DNA from: Eledone cirrhosa
Lineage: Eukaryota
Reading direction: 5' to 3'
Assembly (NCBI GenBank): GCA_964016885.1
Contig: OZ024740.1
Span: forward strand, 6,758,001-6,822,000
Length of the DNA stretch: 64,000 nucleotides
The notes beneath the pieces were generated by a model. It was not told where the DNA came from, searched no databases, and was given only the letters and a program-made list of their open reading frames with translations. A program made the translations under genes and the position numbers. Shown here piece by piece: positions 12,358-27,457 of this stretch (position 1 is the first letter of the stretch; each line of letters begins with the position of its first letter).

Positions 12358-12861
12358 CTATAGAAGCAGTTGGGTATGATATATCTTATTACTAATTATA
12401 TCTAATGTTTCTTCTCTCTTCATAATGTATTATATAGCTCTGATACTGAATCAGTCTAATTCATTCGGATTGGTTTGTCCCAGTTATTCATAGAGCAACA
12501 TCGTTTGAGGTTGGTACCACTAACTCAGGGATATGTGTGGATATATTCATGTGTATGTATGTGTCCGCATGTATCTGTGTGTTTCTCTCTATATATTGTT
12601 TATAACTCCCTTTGGTCGAGTAACCTTTGAAGTGTAGTGACTGCTGGATAGCTACCATTACTCACACTTCTCGCCTCCTCAAACCACCTCTTATACGGCT
12701 TTGATATAAATACCCCCTCCGCCTCCGTGGTATTTTTTTCACGGTTATAAGGGGCTTAACTCTGTTTCTTGACCGCTGTATCACGTAATTAACTCCCCCT
12801 CCGCCTTTTCGAGATTCTATCTCGCGCATCACAGACGTGTTTTGAAACCCTTAATGAGGTA

Positions 12862-12954
12862 TCCTCTTGATAAGTCGGCAGACCTCACAAAAACTCTATA
12901 TCTCTATGATGTATTGTTTTTGCATAATATGCCACGAAACTAGGTAGTCGGGGA
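12862..12954 (+). ncRNA. Second copy of the same hammerhead (stem III CTAGGTAG)
   Basis: Same architecture 597 nt downstream. Confidence 0.8.
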
Positions 12955-13025
12955 CTATAGAAGCAGTTTGGGTATGATGTATCTTATTACTAATTATATC
13001 TAAAGTTTCTTCTCTCTTCATAATG

Positions 13026-13077
<52 letters not shown>

Positions 13078-13402
13078 TAAAATAACAGATAAAGTTTAAG
13101 CAAAGAATCGCTGCTTTCATCCTTAACAGGATCTTCTGAAACTAACAAAGTCAATCTGCTAACGCAGAAGTGAATATTTCAAAAACGTTGCAACCGGAGG
13201 AAGACAGGAAGGCGATACTTTGGTTCGTGGAAACGTTCCCTGGCAAAGAACGGGAAAAAACGAATATAATACGTCATTATTTGGAGCGGTGAAAAACAAT
13301 TACACGCAAAGACAAATATGTGCTCTACGGTTCTTATATATTTGATATATATTTATCCTTATCGAGCCCTCTTTGGATTTTAGTCTTCAAATTTATAATT
13401 AT

Positions 13403-13462
<60 letters not shown>

Positions 13463-13495
13463 TAAACTTTATTATTGCTATATATATATTCACAG

Positions 13496-13540
13496 GCTCT
13501 GATGATTCCTGCCATGGTGTATGGATGAAACACTGTTAGC
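13496..13540 (+). ncRNA. Minimal type I hammerhead in a solo PLE pLTR fragment
   Basis: GCT-CTGATGA-tTCC..GGAt-GAAA-CACTG-TT-AGC immediately followed by TAATAAA. Confidence 0.7.
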
Positions 13541-13776
13541 TAATAAAACAATGTATTTCTAAGTACTCTTTGGTTATTCCTATAACTATAACGGCTCTGT
13601 AGTATACTAGTTATCCTACATTGAACTATAACCACACTGTCATACCAAGGGCAATATATCTGCATGTCTGGGCATATTGATATATTTGTCAACGAAATAT
13701 ATATATATCAATATCATCATCATCATCATCATCATTTCATTTTACGTCCGCTTTTCCCTGCTTGCAAGGGTGGGAC

Positions 13777-13822
<46 letters not shown>

Positions 13823-14659
13823 AGGGTGTTAAAGTTTGCTTGAAGCATTGTGAAATGTGTAAAAATACGTATTTAAGAAAGCCACAACAATGCAAAGGGA
13901 AATCTCGAGGTAGGAAGTGAAATATAGATAGGAAAAACAGGTGAAAGTGAAAGTTGAGAGAGACAAAGATGAAAACAAAACAAAGGTAGAAGGGTTACCG
14001 TAGTAGAGATTTTAATCCCAATATTTCGGGCTCACGCCCATCAACGGGGGAAAAGTTCCAAAAGGGGGGAAAACAGGCCAAGCGGAGAAAGTGTTGATGT
14101 CGTTAAGACAGGAATGCCGTTATGGGGAGAAAAATATTTAAAATTTACACGAGGGAGAGAATGCGCGTGCGCGTGATAAGCTGTGGCAAAAGCTACTGAC
14201 CAAATGGGTTAAGTCAAGAGGGTGCGTTAGCGTGTGAAAGCCTTAAGATATGTGTATGTAAATATATATGTGTGTGTGACTGTGTGTGTATAGGTGTGAG
14301 TGTGTATATGTGTGAGTGTGTGTGTGTGTGAAAGGTAGTGGGCTGTAGAAGTTGGAAATCAAAGGGTGTGAAAGGTGGTAGGTTGTAAAATATGTGTGCG
14401 TGTATAAATATAGAAGTGTGTGTGTGTAAGCGTATGGGTATACATGTGTGTGTGTAACTGTGTATGTATATGTGTGAGTGCGTTTGTGTGTGAAAGATAG
14501 TGGGCTGTAGAAGCTGGAAATCAAAGGGTGTGAAAGGTGGTAGGTTGTAAAAACATGTGTGCGTGTAAAATATAGAAGTGTGTGTGCATGCGTATGGGTA
14601 TGCATATACGTGCGTGTGTGTGAATATAACAGGCTGTAGGCTGTGAATGGTCATTATGG

Positions 14660-15109
14660 TTAAATTAGCCATGTCAGCTCATTTCTCTCGGCCCGGTTGT
14701 TAAGTGGGGGTCTGAGGTTCTTAATAACAAGTGCTTCCTTTATCCTTAAGGATCCGATGCTGCGTTCAGTCGCTAGGACTGTGACCAAGGGTCTACCCTG
14801 TGGGTTTCCGCATTTGAGGATATGTTTACGGAAGGAAGATGCGTTGGTGTTGATATGTTCCTTGATACGAACATGTAGGGGTCGGATGGTGCTACCTATG
14901 TAAAACTTGTTACATTTATCGCATTGAATCTTATATACGACATAGGTGCGTAGGCAATCTGCCCCCCGTATCGGGCAGTTGCTGAGGGAACAAGTCCTAT
15001 CTGCCTCGTAGGGTTTGTTGGAGAGGCATCTTCGCAGCGAAGGTCCTGTGTGGGCCAAATGTATGTCAAGTCCCTCCGTACGTATGGCCCTGCGGATGGC
15101 GTTCGTGGT
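14660..15109 (-). pseudogene. Penelope ORF C-terminus: linker and GIY-YIG endonuclease (left arm)
   Basis: CSLSNCPI..CLRTYVVYKIQCDKCNKFYIGSTIRPLHVRIKEH...IKEALVIKNLRPPLN. Confidence 0.9.
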
Positions 15110-15559
15110 ACCACGAACGCCATCCGCAGGGCCATACGTACGGAGGGACTTGACATACATTTGGCCCACACAGGACCTTCGCTGCGAAGATGCCTCTCCA
15201 ACAAACCCTACGAGGCAGATAGGACTTGTTCCCTCAGCAACTGCCCGATACGGGGGGCAGATTGCCTACGCACCTATGTCGTATATAAGATTCAATGCGA
15301 TAAATGTAACAAGTTTTACATAGGTAGCACCATCCGACCCCTACATGTTCGTATCAAGGAACATATCAACACCAACGCATCTTCCTTCCGTAAACATATC
15401 CTCAAATGCGGAAACCCACAGGGTAGACCCTTGGTCACAGTCCTAGCGACTGAACGCAGCATCGGATCCTTAAGGATAAAGGAAGCACTTGTTATTAAGA
15501 ACCTCAGACCCCCACTTAACAACCGGGCCGAGAGAAATGAGCTGACATGGCTAATTTAA
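15110..15559 (+). pseudogene. Penelope ORF C-terminus: linker and GIY-YIG endonuclease (right arm)
   Basis: Identical translation to the left arm; the apparent first 20 aa of the listed ORF are just the mirrored strand. Confidence 0.9.
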
Positions 15560-16167
15560 CCATAATGACCATTCACAGCCTACAGCCTGTTATATTCACA
15601 CACACGCACGTATATGCATACCCATACGCATGCACACACACTTCTATATTTTACACGCACACATGTTTTTACAACCTACCACCTTTCACACCCTTTGATT
15701 TCCAGCTTCTACAGCCCACTATCTTTCACACACAAACGCACTCACACATATACATACACAGTTACACACACACATGTATACCCATACGCTTACACACACA
15801 CACTTCTATATTTATACACGCACACATATTTTACAACCTACCACCTTTCACACCCTTTGATCTCCAACTTCTACAGCCCACTACCTTTCACACACACACA
15901 CACTCACACATATACACACTCACACCTATACACACACAGTCACACACACATATATATTTACATACACATATCTTAAGGCTTTCACACGCTAACGCACCCT
16001 CTTGACTTAACCCATTTGGTCAGTAGCTTTTGCCACAGCTTATCACGCGCACGCGCATTCTCTCCCTCGTGTAAATTTTAAATATTTTTCTCCCCATAAC
16101 GGCATTCCTGTCTTAACGACATCAACACTTTCTCCGCTTGGCCTGTTTTCCCCCCTTTTGGAACTTT

Positions 16168-16203
16168 TCCCCCGTTGATGGGCGTGAGCCCGAAATATTG
16201 GGA
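16168..16203 (+). ncRNA. Minimal hammerhead-like motif with variant core (mirror copy at 14016-14051, minus strand)
   Basis: TCCC-CCGTTGA-t-GGGC-GTGA-GCCC-GAAA-TA-TT-GGGA; the stems pair but the core has two changes from CUGAUGA. Confidence 0.6.
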
Positions 16204-16351
16204 TTAAAATCTCTACTACGGTAACCCTTCTACCTTTGTTTTGTTTTCATCTTTGTCTCTCTCAACTTTCACTTTCACCTGTTTTTCCTATCTATATTTC
16301 ACTTCCTACCTCGAGATTTCCCTTTGCATTGTTGTGGCTTTCTTAAATACG

Positions 16352-16427
<76 letters not shown>

Positions 16428-16850
16428 AATAATCACTGGGTGAAGAAGTGGCAGCAAATCTCAGTGGAAGCCACAGTAGAGGTAGAGCAGAGAATTGACC
16501 TGAAATGAGGGGAGATGATGAAGGGAAAGATTCTATGGTGAAAAGGGCCTGTGTAACCCATGCAAGCATAGAAAAAAAGGACGTGAAAATGAGGATGATG
16601 ATGATGATGATGTACATAGATTTGTGCCCCAAAATATGATGAATAAAATACAATTTCTGATTAACCATTCATCACTGCAAGACCAAAAGGGTCTGTCTGT
16701 GTCTCCCCCCCCCCTCTCTACTATAATACACTTGGAAACTGTTCTTAGACCACTTCACTATTCCACTCAATGCTAACTACACACAATTTCACCGTTAGAA
16801 CCAGTCAGTATTAAATCTCTAAAGGTCTACTTCATTAATTAATACTAACA

Positions 16851-16851
16851 C

Positions 16852-16922
<71 letters not shown>

Positions 16923-16985
16923 TTACTAGTAGTAATAGTAGTTAGTGAATTGTGATTCTATTAGTTATTGATTGGTAGTTGTAGA

Positions 16986-17017
<32 letters not shown>

Positions 17018-17020
17018 GCT
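16851..17020. repeat. (TAG)n and (CTG)n microsatellites
   Basis: Seen directly. Confidence 0.95.
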
Positions 17021-17101
17021 ATGGTAGAATACCTAATAAGGAAATTAACAACCAGAACAATGGCCTATTGTGAATTTAGAAATGGTTCACCTGAAATGTT
17101 A

Positions 17102-17942
17102 CTACAACAACAACAATAACAATGATAACAGCAATAACTGTGATGGCAACAACAACAACAACAACAGCAACAATGATGACAGCAGCATCAACGACAGCAA
17201 CAGCAGCATCAACAGCAGCAACAGCAGCATCAACAGCAGCAACAACAGCATCAACGACAGCAACAGCAGCAACAACAGCAACAATGATGACAGCAGCATC
17301 AACAGCAGCAACAACAGCATCAACAGCAGCATCAACGACAGCAACAGCAGCAACAACAGCAACAATGATGACAGCAGCATCAACAGCAGCAACAACAGCA
17401 ACAACGACAGCAACAACAGCAACAATGATGACAGCAGCATCAACAGCAGCAACAACAGCATCAACAGCAGCATCAACGACAGCAACAGCAGCAACAACAG
17501 CAGCATCAACAGCAGCAACAGCAGCATCAACAGCAGCAACAACAGCATCAACGACAGCAACAGCAGCAACAACAGCAACAATGATGACAGCAGCATCAAC
17601 AGCAGCAACAACAGCATCAACAGCAGCATCAACGACAGCAACAGCAGCAACAACAGCAACAATGATGACAGCAGCATCAACAGCAGCAACAACAGCATCA
17701 ACGACAGCAACAGCAGCAACAACAGCAACAATGATGACAGCAGCATCAACAGCAGCAACAACAGCATCAACGACAGCAACAGCAACAACAACAGCAACAA
17801 TGATGACAGCAGCATCAACAGCAGCAACAACAGCATCAACGACAGCAACAGCAGCACAACAGCAACAATGATGACAGCAGCATCAACAGCAGCAACAACA
17901 GCATCAACGACAGCAACAGCAGCATCAACAGCAACAACAACA
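17102..17942. repeat. Compound trinucleotide array (CAA/CAG/CAT/GAC/GAT) with longer repeated blocks
   Basis: Recurring block AACAATGATGACAGCAGCATCAACAGCAGCAACAACAGCATCAAC. Confidence 0.95.
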
Positions 17943-18131
17943 TTAAATAGCTATTTATCCTCGCCTCTCCCCCTCTTCTCTCATCCTCCCTCTCCCATCT
18001 CTCTGTCTCCCTCCTCTGCCCCTCCCCCCCGTCTCTCCTCGCCCTCCCCCTCTCTGATATCAACCAGTGATTTCTATTATTTGTTTTCTAAAACTTATTC
18101 TGAAGAATTAAAAAAGAAAATCAACAGCCTC

Positions 18132-18528
<397 letters not shown>

Positions 18529-18529
18529 A

Positions 18530-19996
<1,467 letters not shown>

Positions 19997-20034
19997 CATA
20001 TCTATCTATCTAGGGCGGGTAAAATTCCCGAGAT

Positions 20035-20420
20035 CCATGGACGAGTTCTCTCCAGCAGTCTCAATCCCTCATTATCGCTGCCATGTCCTGCGTCTCCAAC
20101 AGACCAGTGTCTGCCCTTAGGGCATCAACATACGTTAACTTCGGTCTTCCTCTTCCAGTGTGTCCATGTAGGGACTCCCACAGGAACACTGAGTGCAATG
20201 TCAACTCTGGATGTCGGTGAGCATGTCCAGCTAACCTCTGTGTCACTTTTGAGCTGACCTTTGGGAGGCTCCCATACAGCTCTGAGTTTTTCATCCTCAG
20301 TGTATACTGATTAATGCTCAGAGCCATCCTCAGCATTCTCGTGTAGCACCCATCCACCATCTGAGTGAGTTTCTTGGTCAGTGTCCAAGTCTCAGACCCG
20401 TGCAGGAGTACAGACTCCAC
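20035..20420 (-). mobile_element. 3' fragment of a second RTE-group LINE family
   Basis: [48 protein letters not shown]. Confidence 0.85.
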
Positions 20421-20428
20421 TACATATC

Positions 20429-20511
<83 letters not shown>

Positions 20512-20515
20512 TATA

Positions 20516-20560
<45 letters not shown>

Positions 20561-20561
<1 letters not shown>

Positions 20562-22437
20562 TTAGTTAAGCAAAACAAGAGCACAAATTTCACAAGGAAG
20601 ACATTATTAAAAGATTGTCAACATATTTTAGTTTGATGTAAGGAATGTAGAGAATAATAATAATAATAATATTAATAATAATTGTTTCTACTTTTGGCAC
20701 AAGGCAAGCAATCACCCAGTACATTACTGGTAATAATAATTGTTTCTACTTTTGGCACAAGGCCAGCAATTACAAGTACATTACTGGTACTTCATTTTAT
20801 CGACCCCGTAAGGATGAAAGGCAAAGTTAACCTCGGCGGGATTTGAACTCAGATCATAAAGTGCCGTAACTCTATACTGCAAGGCATAGTGTCCGACCCT
20901 CTACCGATACTGCCAATCCACCACCATAATAATATTAATAATAATAATGTCCATTTACAATTGTTTCGCTACTCCATATAATATTTCTGGATCAGATGAC
21001 TATATATCATTATTGATCTGGTTCTGTTGAAAATAATTAACATATTTAAAAACAGAGCGGCTTGTCGGAACTTCAAAGGAATATAAATTAAAATAAGGAG
21101 AGAATGTTACATAATGTAATGTTCCATATATTGGTATTTCCCTATGGTATACTTGTTGTATCAGTTGTCTGCCATAATCAAGCAGTATTCATCTGTTGAG
21201 GCTGCATTGTGTGAGATCTGACTATGGGTAACAAGATGGCTGCCAAAGGACATATTTACCTTACTAATTAGAGGGTGGTTTCCGGGGAAGTAACTCCTCG
21301 AGAGATTAGAAATTGTGGGTAGTTTATAGTTAAGTGCTAATTCAAATTTTTTTTAATTGAGAGACAATGTAGGGGCGGTAACTTATAATTATCTAAGTTA
21401 GTTATAGCTATTTAACTTATTAGCTACAAGTAAAAATGGGGCTAGATGACTATGTTGGGTCAAATATTCTATTGGCGAAGGAATTAGCCCTTTGATGTTG
21501 ACAGCTAATAGTTACCTCAGTTCTATCGTTAATCGGTAGAGGTCGTGATAGAGTTATGTAATATGCTTCGGTAATACAGAGATCACAAGATTTTCTTCGT
21601 CCATTGAACGATTGGGCCCTAGCCACGATATCCCATTTTAGTGAGTGTTCAATGTTGCTTAATTTAAGGTTTTTAATGAGCCTAGCTAGAGATGTCGAAC
21701 ATCTGTTGCTAGGGTCTCGGAGGAAAAAGAGTGCGCGTTATAGCGTACCTTAAAAGGGTTAGAGGTAGACCCGATATAAGAGCTGGTATTCGAAGCAGTT
21801 TTAACCGTGCACCTATAGATTATGTTGGGTGTCAGGCAGTGTCCATTTAATGGGCATGCATTACGGTAACGGCAGTTGCAGTTGCTTCTGCGGTTAGTGA
21901 GAGTAGGGTAGTTTAACCTAAGCGGTTGGTCAGTGCTAGAAGGATTAGATGGGGGAGGTGTGCTACTAGAGTAATTATTGGTGTAGTGGCGTGGTGTGTT
22001 TGATAGGGGTGGTGGTACAGGGGTGTGGGAGTTATACTGTCTTAGTTTATGATGGTTACTGAATGCGATGTGACTAGCTAGGTTAGATGTTGTGGAGAAT
22101 GTGATTTTAATGTTATTTTTATTAAAGAGTTTGTAATATCTATGGTTGGGGGGGGGGGGGTAGATAGGATAGAGAAGAAGCGTTTAGGGATATTAGTGGC
22201 TAGATTAGATGAGAATGGGGATTAAGCCAGGTGATATTTCTAGGTCTATTCCTTCTAGGGGTTCTAGTGGAGTTGGTAGGGGCCTTCCTAGGGTTATTAT
22301 TACTTGGGGATTTGTTATTTGTCATCCCATTTCTCATTCCTATTCTAGGGTTGATTTTTAGTTTGCTACTTGGAGTGGGGAGCAGGCCGCTGCCACCATT
22401 AAACTTCTCTGTATAGGTGCTGTTACTGCTAAAATTC
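20561..22437 (-). mobile_element. Naiad-type PLE family A, inverted 3' arm (linker, GIY-YIG, 3' UTR, hammerhead, embedded SINE)
   Basis: Reverse complement of 23935-25370 with scattered substitutions; retains about 280 bp (21933-22215) that is missing from the plus arm. Confidence 0.92.
20678..20925 (-). mobile_element. SINE family S1 with duplicated 3' end, inside the PLE arm
   Basis: A and B boxes and core on the minus strand; the 3' tail segment is repeated at 20678-20732. Confidence 0.88.
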
Positions 22438-25022
22438 AGAATCTCACTTAAGTCCATACCTATCCCGGACAGGAAGACATACCTCAAACTCCTAATACAG
22501 AGTGTCAACTCTCTCATCCGAAGAATAAGATGGAAAGCCTTCCACTTTGACCGTGCGGGTGCTGCTGACGCCGGAAGTACAGCAAATAGATATGGATTTA
22601 CCACCTGCAAGAACCCCCACACAACATGCTGCTGGACTCTTTTGAGAAAGATCTATTCAACTTCGTCAGGAGCATTAAATTCAAAAAGCATTATAGACAC
22701 AAGAATAATTTCCTCACTAAATTAGCAACAACTATAAAAAAATTTAAAGATAGCCACCTCTTACATGTTATGTCTGACAAAACTAAAAATCTATACACCA
22801 TGACTCCTGAAACTTACAACTCTTTCCTTCTTAAGGAACTTAATAAAAACTATAAAAAAACTATACCCTCCAGTGTAAACGTACTTAACCCAAAAGCCCA
22901 GGCTTTGGTTAAGGACTTGCATCTGGATAGTTTACCCTCCCTTATGTACCAACAACCCCAAGGTTTTCTCTCAAGGATCATAAGCCAAACTTTATAGAGA
23001 ACCCAACTATTAGACTTATAAGCCCAACCACATCCGACCTGGGTCGTATCAGTAACAACATCCTTGATAGGATAATCCCCGCGCTACGGGATGATACCAC
23101 CTACAAGTTGTGGTCCAACAGCGGCCAAGTCATCAGATGGTTCTCCGATCTAAGGTCCAAGCAATCTATGAGGTTCATCCAATTTGATATAGACAGCTAT
23201 TACGCGTCAATAAACCTGGAACTGCTCAACAAATCACTAGCCCTAGCCACCACCAACTCGGACATAACCAATAATGAGATTAACATCATACTTATGGCTA
23301 GACAGACTATCATTGAATTCAACGCAGCACTCTGGACTAGAAAAGATAGAACAGACAACTTTGACATCACGATGGGCTCAAGTGACTCCGCGCAAATCAC
23401 CGATTTAGTTAGAATTTACCTATTACATAACATCAAAGCCGAAATCCAACCCTTGCAAGGCGGAATATACAGGGACGACGCCCTATTTGCAGTCCACAAT
23501 TGCACTAATCGGGGCATTGATTTTCTAAAAAAACAATTACATAGATTCTTTAAAAATAACGGTCTCTCTATCACCATCGAGCCGAACCATAAAGTAGTAA
23601 ACTTCCTAGACGTCCCCCTGGATCTCAACAATAACCTATATTACCCTTACCATAAACCAGGTGAAATACTCACATATACTCACATTAGCCCACACTCTAA
23701 CCAACCACCGGCAGTCATCAGAGCAGTAATCAAATCTATCTCGTATAGGCTCTCCATGCTATCAGCAAATGAGGAGATATTTATAAACCATGCACAATAT
23801 TATAATAAGGCTCTTTCAGAATCTGGTTATGAACAATCAATTTACTACATACCTAAATACCATAACACAGCAATTCACCATAATAAACTTAACACTAGAA
23901 CTAGAAATACCTTAGCATATAGCCAGATTGGCCGGAATTTTAGAAGTAACAACACCTATACAGGGAAGTTTAATGGTGGCAGCGGCCTGCTCCCCACTCC
24001 AAGTAGCAAACTAAAAATCAACCCTAGAATAGGAATGAGAAATGGGATGACAAATAACAAATCCCCAGGTTATAATAACCCTAGGAAGGCCCCTACCAAC
24101 TCCACTAAAACCCATAGAAGGAATAGACCTAGAAATATCACCTGGCTTAACCCCCCATTCTGACCAACCGCTTAGGTTAAACTACCCTACTCTCACTAAC
24201 CGCAGAAGCAACTGCAACTGCCGTTACCATAATGCATGCCCATTAAATGGACACTGCCTGACACCCAACATAGTCTATAGGTGCACGGTTAAAACTGTTT
24301 CGAATACCAGCTCTTATATCGGGTCTACCTCTAACCCTTTTAAGGTACGCTATAACGCGCACTCTTTTTCCTTCCGAGACCCTAGCAACAGATGTTCGAC
24401 ATCTCTAGCTAGGCTCATTAAAAACCTTAAATTAAGCAACATTGAACACTCACTAAAATGGGATATCGTGGCTAGGGCCCAACCGTTCAATGGACGAAGA
24501 AAATCTTGTGATCTCTGTATTACCGAAGCATATTACATAACTCTATCACGACCTCTACCGATTAACGATAGAACGGAGGTAACTATTAGCTGTCAACATC
24601 GAAGGGCTAATTCCTTCGCCAATAGAATATTTGACCCAACATAGTCATCTAGCCCCATTTTTACTTGTAGCTAATAAGTTAAATAGCTATAACTAACTTA
24701 GATAATTATAAGTTACCGCCCCTACATTGTCTCTCAATTAAAACAAATTTAAATTAGCACTTAACTATAAACTACCCACAATTTCTAATCTCTCGAGGAG
24801 TTACTTCCCCTGAAACCACCCTCTAATTAGTAAGGTAAATATGTCCTTTGGCAGCCATCTTGTTACCCATAGCTAGATCTCACACAATGCAGCCTCGACA
24901 GATGAATACTGCTTGATCATGGCAGACAACTGATACAACCAGTATACCATAGGGAAATACCAATATATGGAACATTACATTATGTAACATTCTCTCCTTA
25001 TTTTAATTTATATTCCTTTGAA

Positions 25023-25133
25023 GTTCCGATGAGCCGCTCTGTTTCTAAATAAGTTAATTATTTTCAACTGAACCAGATCAATATTGATATATAGTCATCT
25101 GATCCAGAAATATTATATGGAGTAGCGAAACAA
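25023..25133 (+). ncRNA. Family A hammerhead, truncated inside stem III
   Basis: GTT-CCGATGA-GCCGCTC...GAGTAGC-GAAA-CAA, then a deletion running into the SINE. Confidence 0.6.
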
Positions 25134-25136
25134 ACG

Positions 25137-25256
25137 ATCTGAGTGCAAATCCCGCCGAGGTTAACTTTGCCTTTCATCCTTACGGGGTCGATAAAATAAA
25201 GTACCAGTAATGCACTGGGTAATTGCTGGCCTTGTGCCTAAAGTAGAAACAATTAT
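25137..25256 (+). mobile_element. SINE family S1 (5' deleted) inside the plus arm of PLE family A
   Basis: B box, core and ATT tail; mirrors 20736-20855. Confidence 0.88.
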
Positions 25257-25540
25257 TATTAATATTATTATTATTATTCTCTACATTTCTTACATCAAAC
25301 TAAAATATGTTGACAATCTTTTAATAATGTCTTCCTTGTGAAATTTGTGGTCTTGTTTTGCTTAACTAATTAATCTTTCCTGCTCTGCGCGCCTAACTTC
25401 TGCATGAACCCAGCCACCTAGCTGCTTTCTACTGCATATTGCACATTGAGCACATGCCTTTACGCTTTGGCTTCTAACTAATTCACCAATCTCTCCTCTC
25501 CTATCTCTATCTCTCTCTTTAAGATTGGTTACTCTTGAAC

Positions 25541-25673
<133 letters not shown>

Positions 25674-25929
25674 TCTCTCTGAATTTATATTTGTATTAAT
25701 CTACCGAGTCTTACCATTAACCTGTTAATAATTCTATTGACAGATTAATTGCATAAGTTTATTTCGAAAATTACCCGGTCGAGAGCTTATTCGATTTGTG
25801 CTATTTATGCAATTTTTTTGCATGATTTACACATACTGAATTCGTTTGCCAAAACCTGGGGGTTTTCCCCTGTGAGTTACACATGTGCTTTTACAAAACA
25901 CTGTATCATCCACAACACTGGCGTAGAAC

Positions 25930-26044
25930 AAAATACCTGTTGATAACGTGATATTCCTTGTTCGATCATTATACCAAAAGCTTATGGTTTTAAGCAGAGA
26001 GTATTAGTGATTTAGGTGTAACGGAAACCCTGTATTAGATTTTA
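25930..26044 (+). ncRNA. Possible degenerate U3-A8 hammerhead with long stem II loop
   Basis: TTGATAA-CGT-(about 70 nt)-ACG-GAAA-CCCTG-TA; stem I is weak. Confidence 0.4.
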
Positions 26045-26070
26045 CCATCAATTCCAAGGGTCTAGGTTTG

Positions 26071-26106
<36 letters not shown>

Positions 26107-26108
<2 letters not shown>

Positions 26109-26205
26109 CGAAGGAAATGTGGTAAGGAACCAGGTGGACCATAACGCACCAGAATTAGCCGTCGAAACGGCTTGAGCTCAGCTGTCGGGGTCTTACTGGT
26201 TCCTA
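26107..26205. mobile_element. Head-to-head mini-insertion of the same PLE end as 3884-4070
   Basis: 26107-26151 is the reverse complement of 4026-4070; 26152-26205 matches 3938-3991; (TA)n on both sides. Confidence 0.85.
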
Positions 26206-27457
26206 TATATATATATATATATAGTATTAAGGGTACTATTTATGGTTATTATGCACGTAATCATCTTGATGTGGACTCCTTTAATACCTATTAATAGACT
26301 CCACTCTAGCTTGGAGATGTGATACATAATTGATTTATATTTGAGACGGGGGTTGTCTATTACCTGATGGCCAGACTAGTTTATATGAGAGATCGGATCT
26401 CCGAACCATACCGAAGATTTACTGGAAATGCAGGCAAGCAATGACCCGGAGCCTACCGGGTGACATATATAATAGTGGGACCATACCAGGTCCTACTGTT
26501 GTATTACATTTGCATTGAGCAGTGACTTGAGAGTCCGACTCCTCTTATAGAACGTTCAGATATGACACCCCTTAATTATTGGTTGGCAATCATCCTAGTA
26601 TATACACCCTTGTACTTCTTAATGAACAACTCTCTAACTTATAAATGGGTACCATACTCTAGATATTAGTTATAACTTCACATGATAGGCACGTATTTGA
26701 ATCACCATTAATGTAGTTTAGCATAGTAATGTAACTAAAATAACTAGCTAGTTACCTCCCCTTACGCATTAGTTCCCCTTAATCATTCAGGCACTTCCGG
26801 AATTTGGACAGCATGATATATTAATTAAGAACCGACTGGATACCGTTTATAGCTTGACTATATGCTGAACCACTGCGAATTATACGATAGACGCATGTTC
26901 TCTATATATATATTGCGTCTCATGGATTATGTGAATGGTGGTGTGAGCAAGGACAGTGGTACGACCTTGCCTACGATACAATAAGGTTTATAGTATGTTG
27001 AAGATTTTTGATATTTTGGTGTTTCCCCGCATCCGAGACTGTATATCATACAGATGTATGAGAATAAATGACTTAATAATTCAGCATATATTATAAGATC
27101 AATTGCCTGCTTCAACTGCATGACCCTGCAAATATCATTCTGACGCACTCTAATCATGTATAGATAAGACAAGCGTGCATGCTACACGGGAGATTGCTTC
27201 ATGCACTGACTACTCTAAGCTTTCCTCTTGCTTTATCTTCATAGACTGCCAACGCTTCATGTTTATCTTTATTTTCACTCTTGCTTTTATTTTATTTTAT
27301 TGTTATCATGTAACACTTTATTTTTATCATGTAACACTTTATATGTAAATTGCCATGCTATTTCATTTGATGAATATCACCCCACTGTTGATCAATATGC
27401 GCATATGTTTTATGTGTCTCTTGGGTTGAAAAGGAGGTCAAGTATGTTATAAATAAC

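Larger units (their letters stand above)
12037..13031 (+). mobile_element. ORF-less PLE derivative: inverted 3' end (12037-12090) plus two tandem pLTR-like repeats (12091-12585 and 12696-13031), each with a hammerhead
   Basis: Direct repeat of about 340 bp; 12037-12090 is the reverse complement of about 12530-12584; (TA)n on both sides. Confidence 0.85.
13821..16359. mobile_element. Two 5'-truncated Penelope copies head-to-head forming a 2500-bp spacer-less palindrome (13860-16359, centre 15109/15110)
   Basis: Mirror ORFs 14660..15169(-) and 15050..15559(+); centre GGT|ACC; the left arm extends about 40 bp further to 13821; (TA)n on both sides. Confidence 0.95.

Noticed and set aside
13105-13145. 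Minus-strand hammerhead-like CAGAAGA-TCCT..AGGAT-GAAA-GCAGC
   Set aside because: The core is altered and there is no valid UH site or stem I; at best a decayed copy.
24161-24644. Selenocysteine codons in the family A endonuclease
   Set aside because: All conserved cysteines are TGC or TGT in my translation.
26362-26435. CTGATGG-CCAG...CTG-GAAA-TGCA hammerhead-like string
   Set aside because: A9 is missing and there is no cleavage triplet after the palindrome.
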